Origin: Candidatus Margulisiibacteriota bacterium
GTDB lineage: Bacteria; Margulisbacteria; WOR-1; O2-12-FULL-45-9
DNA: 14,029 nucleotides
Reading direction: 5' to 3'
NCBI GenBank assembly: GCA_043816785.1
Contig: JBDRHP010000035.1
Coordinates: forward strand, 1 to 14,029
Shown here: positions 7,061 to 13,890 of the stretch, in pieces
Position numbering within the stretch: position 1 is the stretch's first letter
Layout: every line of letters begins with the position of its first letter
Notes under the pieces: model-generated
What the model was told of the DNA's origin: nothing
Seen by the model: the letters and a program-made list of their open reading frames with translations, nothing else
The model's database searches: none
Program-made: the position numbers and the translations under genes

Positions 7061-8626
7061 ATGAGAACATCATTGGCGCGAGCTATAAAACCCAGGTCAT
7101 TTGAACACTGGAACAGATCACTGGGTTTTAGCAATAGGGTTGAGATACAGACGCTGCAGTGGGGAAAACTCCCCTTACGAGCAGCTAATGCCTTGGCGCC
7201 AGGACAAAACCCGCGCCTGGAAAGCGCGTTGCTTAGGGCTGAAAACAGAATTCAACACCTCCAAGAAGACCCTTATAAGCATTCTGAGGATTTTAATCAG
7301 TTACTTGCTGTGACCAGAAGAAAAATAAATGCCACTTTTTGGGCTGTGGCAGCCACTGTTACGGCCACCTCAGGTTTTCATCAGAGCTGGGAAGGCTTTC
7401 CATTGCGCGGGCATGACGCATTGGTCTTAGGGGTACCGCTTTTTCTGGTTTTTACTGCGGGGCATTATTTGAGAAACGCTCTACTTGAGGCAAAGATTGC
7501 TGTTCACGGACTATCTAATTCTGAAAAAAGCTTGGAGCTGTCTCGACAAAGGTACCAAGATCTGTTCGAAAACGCGCCCATTGGTTTTCACAATATATCT
7601 CCCGAAGGAAGAATTTTGGAAGTAAACAAGAAATGGCTTGCGATCATGGGGTATTCAAGGGAAGAAGTTGTGGGCAAGTCGATCTTTGATTTTATAGTGC
7701 CTGAACAAAGAGAAAACGCAAAAATGAGATTTCACTCCCGAATGCAAGGCAAGCCGCTCCCACCTCTAAACGGGGATCGGCAGTATCAATGCAAAGACGG
7801 CTCAAGAATCTTTGCGCAAACGTATGATGCTGACGTGCGTGACAGCAGCGGAGTTGTTGTCCAGGTTCAAACTTCGTTTTTAGATCTAACGGCTTTGAGA
7901 CAGGTCGAGGCAGAACGAGAAAAAGCCGCTGTACTCCGAGGAGAGATGGAGGCATCGGCCTTAGCCATCAACGGCCTGGTCCACGCCCTGAGCCAGAAGT
8001 TCACAGGGCTATTAGGCTATTTAAGCCTGATGGGGATGAACCCGGGAAACAAAAATTATTTCGCTGCCGCGAATAAGATCTCCGACGACATATCTGCCTA
8101 TTTTAATACTTTCAATTTGTTTAGGTTTGGCGCAGAACGAGGCAAGGGATTTGAAGTAGGACCATCTGCCAAAAGGATATTTGAGGATGTAAGCGCAAAA
8201 TTCGATGAGCTTTTAGCTCGGGCAGAAATCTTGATCTCCGATGATCTGAAAAAGATCAACATGTCTCATTCTATCTTTTCAGTAATATTGGAATCATTGC
8301 TGAGCAATGCTTATGAAGCGATTGAGCCACGCGGGGCCATTTCTCTTTCCCTGCTAAGTGATATCAGAGGTGGAAAAGAAGGGTTGAAGATAATAGTAAA
8401 AGACAATGGCAAGGGGATTGAGCCGGATAAACTGCTTAAGATATTTCGGCCTTTCTTTAGCACGGCCCAGGATGCAATGGCGCTGCAAAAAGGCCTTTCG
8501 CTCGGGCTGGTACGCTATGCCGTCGATAAATTAGGCGGCGAGATTAAAGTTAGAAGCTCAGTCGGACAGGGGACGGAATTTGAGGTCTGGCTGCCTTTTG
8601 AGCCCAATCCAGCTCCCCTCGGTTAA
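7061..8626 (+). CDS. PAS-domain sensor histidine kinase with degenerate H and G2 boxes
   Basis: PAS (YQDLFENAPIG...VNKKW..MGYSREEVVGKSIFDF), HisKA-like GLVHALSQKFTGLLGY, HATPase (LLSNAYEAI, KDNGKGI, IFRPFFST, GQGTEFEVWLP). One or two hydrophobic segments around aa 91-137. Confidence 0.88.
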   Translation: MRTSLARAIKPRSFEHWNRSLGFSNRVEIQTLQWGKLPLRAANALAPGQNPRLESALLRAENRIQHLQEDPYKHSEDFNQLLAVTRRKINATFWAVAATVTATSGFHQSWEGFPLRGHDALVLGVPLFLVFTAGHYLRNALLEAKIAVHGLSNSEKSLELSRQRYQDLFENAPIGFHNISPEGRILEVNKKWLAIMGYSREEVVGKSIFDFIVPEQRENAKMRFHSRMQGKPLPPLNGDRQYQCKDGSRIFAQTYDADVRDSSGVVVQVQTSFLDLTALRQVEAEREKAAVLRGEMEASALAINGLVHALSQKFTGLLGYLSLMGMNPGNKNYFAAANKISDDISAYFNTFNLFRFGAERGKGFEVGPSAKRIFEDVSAKFDELLARAEILISDDLKKINMSHSIFSVILESLLSNAYEAIEPRGAISLSLLSDIRGGKEGLKIIVKDNGKGIEPDKLLKIFRPFFSTAQDAMALQKGLSLGLVRYAVDKLGGEIKVRSSVGQGTEFEVWLPFEPNPAPLG

Positions 8627-8638
8627 ATAAAAATAAAC

Positions 8639-9997
8639 ATGCTAACTAACTCATTAATAAGAAGACCCATATCAAGAGGGCCGGTTTTTTTTAGGTGTTG
8701 GGACGCAAGGGTAGGCCTTGGTGCCCGAATAGAGGCGCAGGCTTGTAGAATGCTTATGGTGCCGCTGCGAGCAGCTGATGCCCTGCTCCCCGGGCGCAAC
8801 CCTCGGCTGGAAGCTGCTCAAAAAAAACTGGATACTCGAATAACGGAAATCTTTGACCTGCCTTTTGAACTTGGACGACTAAAAAATATTGAAGCCATGT
8901 TTAATTCTGCCATAGAATCTGTGATAGAAGCGATTATTTTGTGTGATTCTGCTGGCACAATAATTAAATGGAACAGAGGCGCGGAAGAGGTTTTTGGTTA
9001 TGCAAGGGCGGAAATTCTCGGCAAGCCTAACGAGATTTTGCTGCCAGAAAGATTTAGGCAAGACTTTAGCAGTGGCGTGAGAAAATTCCGTGAAACCGGC
9101 AGCTTGTCCCTAGGCGGCAGACCGAGAGAAGCCCTGGCCTTAAGAAAAGACAGGAGCGAATTCCCAGTGGAGGTTTCTTTTACCTCATTAAAGGTTTCGG
9201 GCAAGGAGTATTTCCTGGCAGTGGCTCGCGACATCAGCGAGCGCAGACAATTAGAAAAAGAAGGAGTTATGCATCGTGCTGCTTTGGAAGCCCAGAGGCA
9301 GCTGGCCAGGATCACGCATGATCTAAGGAACTTACTTAGTGGAATTATTGGTGTGGCGGAGCTGGGAGCTGGAGATCCTTACAACAATCCGGAAAATAAT
9401 TTTCGTCAAATTGGCTCGCAGGCTTTTGTAATGAATGACTTAGTTGATCGGCTACTTGATTTTTCCAAGACAATTAAGCTCTCGGCAGAACATAGTGAAA
9501 TCAGCGCCCCCTTAACAAATCTTGTAACAAATTGCTTGTCGGCTTTGTCAGAGACAACAAAAAGCGGAAAAGAGTTTAAACTTGATATCAGTGAAGGCCT
9601 CTGGCCAGTGCGCTTTAATGCCGTTGGTTTAAACCAAATATTGCTTAATCTTATTATAAACGCTTTTGACGCTACGCCTTTTGGTGGGCGGGTAGCGGTT
9701 GTCGCGACTAACGAGCGGGTAGCTGCTGTCCGGCCAACTGAGTTTGCTGCGCTGTTGGCCGGGAATTACGTTAAGATCGAAGTGCGCGATACTGGGCGAG
9801 GCATCCCGTTAGAAATACGCGCTAATCTTTTTGACTATGGCGAGTCTACCAAGGGCTCGCAAGGGTCCGGTATCGGGCTAGCGATTGTCAGGCGAATGGT
9901 TGAGCTGCACGAAGGTTATATTCAGGTCAAAACCGCTTATGAAGATGAGAACCACGGCTCCTCATTTATTATTTACTTGCCAGCTCAAGCGATATAA
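8639..9997 (+). CDS. PAS-domain sensor histidine kinase
   Basis: PAS (WNRGAEEVFGYARAEILGK...FPVEVS...RDISERR), H-box ITHDLRNLLSGIIG, N-box NLIINAFDA, RDTGRGI and GSGIGL. Confidence 0.92.
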   Translation: MLTNSLIRRPISRGPVFFRCWDARVGLGARIEAQACRMLMVPLRAADALLPGRNPRLEAAQKKLDTRITEIFDLPFELGRLKNIEAMFNSAIESVIEAIILCDSAGTIIKWNRGAEEVFGYARAEILGKPNEILLPERFRQDFSSGVRKFRETGSLSLGGRPREALALRKDRSEFPVEVSFTSLKVSGKEYFLAVARDISERRQLEKEGVMHRAALEAQRQLARITHDLRNLLSGIIGVAELGAGDPYNNPENNFRQIGSQAFVMNDLVDRLLDFSKTIKLSAEHSEISAPLTNLVTNCLSALSETTKSGKEFKLDISEGLWPVRFNAVGLNQILLNLIINAFDATPFGGRVAVVATNERVAAVRPTEFAALLAGNYVKIEVRDTGRGIPLEIRANLFDYGESTKGSQGSGIGLAIVRRMVELHEGYIQVKTAYEDENHGSSFIIYLPAQAI

Positions 9998-11081
9998 TAT
10001 TTTCAATATGTGGAGTATGGGGGAACATGTCCAGGGGTTGGCATTTTTTGATTGCATAACCAAACTCTTTTAATATTTCCGCGTCGTGCTTCTGGGTTGT
10101 TGGATTACAGGAAACATAAACGATTTTCTTGGGCTTTATTTCCCTGATCTTTTTAAGAACTTTCTTATTAACCCCGGGTCGCGGAGGGTCTAGAATAATG
10201 GTTTCGAACTTGCCTTCCAGGGATTTGATAATATTTTCCACCCGGCCGGCCATGGCTGAGAAGTTTATAATGTTGTTAAGCCCTGCGTTAGATTTTGACA
10301 GCTCAACCGCGGCCTGGTTTTCCTCCACCCCGATGACTTCTTTGACCTGATTGGCCAGAGAAAGACCAATGCTGCCAGTGCCGGCGTAGAGATCAAGCAG
10401 GGCCTCATCCCCTTGCAGCGCGGCAAAATCCTTGACGATCTCCAACAGTTTTTCTGCTTGATGTGGGTTTGTTTGGAAAAACGATTGGACCGGTATCTTG
10501 AATTTTAATCCTGCCAGAGATTCCAAGTAATAATCCTGGCCAAAGGTTTTCTGAATGTCGCCGTAAGACCGATCAGCTGGCGAGAGATTAATGCTCCAGG
10601 TGACCCCCTGGACCAGATCCTGGGTCTTTTCCCAAAGCTCTTCGAGCGGGAACACGCCCTGGTCAGAGGTTAGAATGTTAAGGATGGTGTTCTCGATATT
10701 TTTGCCTTCTCGGATCACTACATGGCGCATCGGCCCCCTGGTCTTATCAGGCAAGGCATACCGATAGCCTTTAAGCTTTTTCCAGGAGACGAAATAGCGC
10801 AGGCGATTCAGGATCTTGTTGCTATGCTCAGACATCAACCAGCATTTTTCAATATTAATCACGTCAAATTTGCCCGCTTTAAGGCCTAGGGTGTAGTTGG
10901 GGCCAAAAGCAAAGTCCATGCGGTTGCGGTAAAAGTAGATTTCTGGCGAGGGGATGATGGGAAAGCAATCACCGAAGAATTCCCTGACACTTGCCTCCTT
11001 ATTTTTTAGCTGTTCTTCATAAGGGATATCTTGTAGCTTACAGCCGCCGCACTGGCCAAAATGCTGGCACTGGGGTATCAT
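9969..11081 (-). CDS. rlmD: RlmD/TrmA-family RNA (uracil-5)-methyltransferase lacking the TRAM domain
   Basis: CQHFGQCGGC Fe-S motif, YRNRMDF, SFFQTN, LDLYAGTG, LDPPRPG, YVSCNP and DMFPHTPHIE. Likely start is ATG 11081 (ATGA overlap with the upstream gene). The exact substrate is uncertain. Confidence 0.88.
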   Translation of the reverse strand: MIPQCQHFGQCGGCKLQDIPYEEQLKNKEASVREFFGDCFPIIPSPEIYFYRNRMDFAFGPNYTLGLKAGKFDVINIEKCWLMSEHSNKILNRLRYFVSWKKLKGYRYALPDKTRGPMRHVVIREGKNIENTILNILTSDQGVFPLEELWEKTQDLVQGVTWSINLSPADRSYGDIQKTFGQDYYLESLAGLKFKIPVQSFFQTNPHQAEKLLEIVKDFAALQGDEALLDLYAGTGSIGLSLANQVKEVIGVEENQAAVELSKSNAGLNNIINFSAMAGRVENIIKSLEGKFETIILDPPRPGVNKKVLKKIREIKPKKIVYVSCNPTTQKHDAEILKEFGYAIKKCQPLDMFPHTPHIENIISLELASK

Positions 11082-11560
11082 AGAAAAAAGTTTATTATTC
11101 CCGCGCTGGCTGCCCAGAGGATCAAAGAGGCTATGGTGGTGCCAATTGTTGCGCAGATGAAGGTCGGAATCCAGGGCAGGCCTAAAAGATAGGCAGCGAT
11201 TGTCCCGGTCCAAACCCCGGTGCCAGGAAAAGGGATAGCGATAAATAGAGTTAAGCCGACAAGTTCAAAATCTTCAATTATTTTGCTTTTGCTTCTAGTC
11301 CGGGCAAATAGCCATTCAAAGAATTTATCAAAGAACTCGATCTTTCTTAACTTGCCGACAGCTATTTTTAGAAACCACAGGATTGGGAAAACAGGTAGAA
11401 TGCTGCCCAGAACACAGAGGATCAAAGTTGTGACAACTGGCAGTTTAAAAAGGAGCAGGGCAATGGGCACAGCGCCTCGGACCTCAATTACAGGGGTAGC
11501 TGAAACAAGAAAGACAATCAGCTCGTTAGGAAGACCTCGAAGTAGATCAACCAGCCACAC
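11078..11560 (-). CDS. COG2426-like / 'small multi-drug export' family membrane protein
   Basis: Hydrophobic 160-aa protein with PVIEVRGAVP and FIAIPFPGTGVWTG signatures. GTG start abuts the ilvC stop. Confidence 0.85.
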   Translation of the reverse strand: MWLVDLLRGLPNELIVFLVSATPVIEVRGAVPIALLLFKLPVVTTLILCVLGSILPVFPILWFLKIAVGKLRKIEFFDKFFEWLFARTRSKSKIIEDFELVGLTLFIAIPFPGTGVWTGTIAAYLLGLPWIPTFICATIGTTIASLILWAASAGIINFFL

Positions 11561-12553
11561 TTACTTCTTCAGCCAGTGCATCATGGCGCGCAATTCACCG
11601 CCAACTTTTTCAATCTGGTGGTCTTTGTCTTTGGCGCGTAGAGCGTTGAAATTGGCACAGCCTTCTTTGTTCTCTTTGAGCCACTCACGGGCAAAGGCGC
11701 CTGATTGGATGCGCTTTAAAACTTTTTCCATGCGCTTTTTGGCCTTTTCGTCGATGATCTTGGGGCCAACGGTCAGATCGCCGTACTCGGCAGTATTACT
11801 AATGGCCTTTCTCATGCCCAGCAGACCTTGCTTGTAGATCAAATCAACGATCAGTTTTAATTCGTGCACGCATTCAAAATAGGCCATTTCCGGCTGATAA
11901 CCAGCCTCGACCAATGTTTCAAAGCCAGCCTTGACCAGGGCAGTTGTGCCGCCGCACAGCACCACTTGTTCGCCAAATAGATCAGTTTCCACTTCTTCTT
12001 TGAAAGTTGTTTCAAATACTCCCGCGCGGGTGCCGCCGATCCCTTTAGCATAGGCCAGGGCGGTTTCTTTGGCCGTGCCGCTGGCATCTTGATAAACAGC
12101 GATCAATGAAGGCACGCCAGCTCCGTCAACGTAGGTTTGCCTGACCATGGTTCCTGGTCCCTTTGGCGCGACCATGACCACGTCAATATCCTTAGTTGGT
12201 TTGATAGCCTTAAAATGAATGTTAAAACCATGAGAGAACATCAAGGTTTTGCCTTTTTTCATGTTCTTCTTTATCGATTCCTTATAAATCTTGCCTTGGA
12301 TCTCATCTGGAATAAGGATTTGAATGATATCACCGCGCTTGGAAGCTTCAGCGGCTGACATGACTTCAAAACCAGCTTCCTGGGCATTTTTCCAATTGGG
12401 GGTTCCTTCAACCTCAGCAATAATTACATGCAGCCCACTATCTTTTAAATTTTGGGCTTGGGCGCCCCCCTGGTTCCCAAACCCGATGATCGCGATCGTC
12501 TTTCCCCTCAACAGTTCTATGTTCGCATCCTTGTCATAATAAACCTTAGCCAT
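11561..12553 (-). CDS. ilvC: Ketol-acid reductoisomerase
   Basis: [48 protein letters not shown] and SNTAEYG. AAGGAGG SD at 12561-12567 fixes the start at 12553. Confidence 0.97.
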   Translation of the reverse strand: MAKVYYDKDANIELLRGKTIAIIGFGNQGGAQAQNLKDSGLHVIIAEVEGTPNWKNAQEAGFEVMSAAEASKRGDIIQILIPDEIQGKIYKESIKKNMKKGKTLMFSHGFNIHFKAIKPTKDIDVVMVAPKGPGTMVRQTYVDGAGVPSLIAVYQDASGTAKETALAYAKGIGGTRAGVFETTFKEEVETDLFGEQVVLCGGTTALVKAGFETLVEAGYQPEMAYFECVHELKLIVDLIYKQGLLGMRKAISNTAEYGDLTVGPKIIDEKAKKRMEKVLKRIQSGAFAREWLKENKEGCANFNALRAKDKDHQIEKVGGELRAMMHWLKK

Positions 12554-12569
12554 TTTTGTTCCTCCTTGA

Positions 12570-12597
12570 TGAAATTCCCTTGGTAAATTGTCGATAT
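12570..12597 (+). promoter_or_regulatory. Sigma28-like promoter motif, copy 4
   Basis: TGAAATT at 12570-12576, 15-nt spacer, CGATA at 12592-12596. Points at the 12679 ORF. Confidence 0.75.
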
Positions 12598-12599
12598 AT

Positions 12600-12628
12600 A
12601 TTATAGCAGGATAGTGATGTTGCGTAAA
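12600..12628 (-). promoter_or_regulatory. Sigma70-like promoter for the ilvC operon
   Basis: Minus strand reads TTTACG-N17-TATAAT, with extended -10 TGcTATAAT. Confidence 0.65.
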
Positions 12629-12678
12629 CTCTGGGTGGCACATAGATCTAGGATTGTTTGTTAAAGGAGGGAGAATAG

Positions 12679-13170
12679 ATGGGAAACGAAGGCGTATCTC
12701 TGATCCAAACACCAACTAGCCCTAACCAATTTGTTGGTAATAGGCAAGAGACCTGGGAGCTAATATCAACGGATTATAGAGAGGCAAAGATGACAGATAA
12801 GATGTTGCAACACGTATCGCATAAAGGATATGCGGGGGCGGAATCCAAAGATACGCTTTATTTGGCATATAAGGTTAGAATAAAAGATAACAGAGGAAGG
12901 TTTATACCATCAATTTTATTTTTTGAAATTTCAAAACACACATATAGGGTAGGTTGTCACAACGCATCAGTAACATATCTTTCCTTATCTGGGAAACAAC
13001 AAATATGGAAATCTAACATTGGCCATTTCCCGATCGGAAGAGCCGACGGCATCCTGGAACCGGGAAAACTAGATCGGATCATCGCATATGCCTGGAGCGG
13101 CCCATATAATGTGCTTAATTGGTTCCATACAAGTATGCTTGGCCCTGCAAATCGCTTTAGGAAAAAATAA
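12679..13170 (+). CDS. Hypothetical protein (163 aa)
   Basis: Strong SD AAAGGAGG at 12663-12670. Fills the gap between flanking genes. No domain recognised. Confidence 0.75.
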   Translation: MGNEGVSLIQTPTSPNQFVGNRQETWELISTDYREAKMTDKMLQHVSHKGYAGAESKDTLYLAYKVRIKDNRGRFIPSILFFEISKHTYRVGCHNASVTYLSLSGKQQIWKSNIGHFPIGRADGILEPGKLDRIIAYAWSGPYNVLNWFHTSMLGPANRFRKK

Positions 13171-13228
13171 AGGCTTTGGCCAAGATAATTACGCATCTCC
13201 GCCCCGCTGGAGGGCGATCTTGCCGGAT

Positions 13229-13678
13229 TTATTTCTTTTTACGCAGCAGTTCTAAATCAACCTTATCTTGTGGGCGAGATAGGGCTTTTTTATTCTTGAT
13301 CAATTCATTGCGGCCAATAAAATAAACTTTAATTTCACCGTATTCCCCCGCCTTCTTATGCTGCCAGACTTCCTTAAAGGTGCATCCTTCCACTGAGGTT
13401 AATAGATCAATTCTTACAGGATCATAACCTAATTGGACAACCTGTTTCTCTTTAGTGAAATCATTTGCGGAAAGTTTTAAAGTGCCGAAGCCGAAATCTT
13501 TGAGCGCTTTGATTATCTTGGCGCCGTTTTTCGTGCTTGCTTCGATCAAGATATCCATGTCTTTGGTGTAGCGGGGTTGGGCATGAAAAGCCAGTGCATA
13601 GGCTCCAACGATGCAGAATTTAACTTTGTGTTTGTTGAATGATCTTAATAGTTCTTCGTAGTCTGGTTCCAGCCGCAT
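13229..13678 (-). CDS. Nucleotidyltransferase (DNA pol beta superfamily), small stand-alone
   Basis: IVGAYALAFHAQPRYTKDMDILI (G-[G/A]...DxD), RIDLL, and C-terminal K....RPQDKVDL. AAGGGG SD upstream. Confidence 0.82.
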   Translation of the reverse strand: MRLEPDYEELLRSFNKHKVKFCIVGAYALAFHAQPRYTKDMDILIEASTKNGAKIIKALKDFGFGTLKLSANDFTKEKQVVQLGYDPVRIDLLTSVEGCTFKEVWQHKKAGEYGEIKVYFIGRNELIKNKKALSRPQDKVDLELLRKKK

Positions 13679-13826
13679 GTTGTTCCCCTTTGATTTTTAA
13701 GAAATTTTCCCGCAAAAATTGGACAACATCAAGCCTTTCTGAGGGAGACATTCGGGCGTAATCTTTGCGATCGGCATTCTCAGCGTCTTTAAATGATCTA
13801 AAAATCTTTGCCCAAAATTTTTTCAT
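13620..13826 (-). CDS. Small hypothetical protein, probable partner of the nucleotidyltransferase
   Basis: 68 aa, with MSPSERL...LRE motif. Lies immediately upstream of and overlaps the nucleotidyltransferase gene. Confidence 0.65.
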   Translation of the reverse strand: MKKFWAKIFRSFKDAENADRKDYARMSPSERLDVVQFLRENFLKIKGEQHAAGTRLRRTIKIIQQTQS

Positions 13827-13856
13827 TTATTCTTTGCCGCCCGCGGCAACGAAAGT

Positions 13857-13885
13857 ATTATAGCAGGCGAGCGGATTCAGGTAAA
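13857..13885 (-). promoter_or_regulatory. Sigma70-like promoter for the small protein/nucleotidyltransferase pair
   Basis: Minus strand reads TTTACC-N17-TATAAT, with extended -10 TGcTATAAT. Confidence 0.6.
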
Positions 13886-13890
13886 GAGCG

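Noticed and set aside
11082..11213. 44-aa N-terminal extension of the RlmD ORF
   Set aside because: It overlaps the membrane-protein gene in another frame. ATG 11081 gives a normal coupled start.
11220..11837. 205-aa plus-strand ORF and the other short overlapping ORFs (e.g. 3789-4094, 5966-6466, 8998-9315)
   Set aside because: They are antisense or alternate-frame shadows of well-supported genes and have no recognisable motifs.
12554..12715. 54-aa N-terminal extension of IlvC
   Set aside because: The SD and family N-terminus place the start at 12553. The extension spans promoters and overlaps the opposite gene.
13178..13225. Possible hairpin between convergent genes (CAAGAT...CGCCC...GGGCG.ATCTTG) as a terminator
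   Set aside because: The stem is interrupted and has no clear adjacent U-tract, so it is too weak to call.
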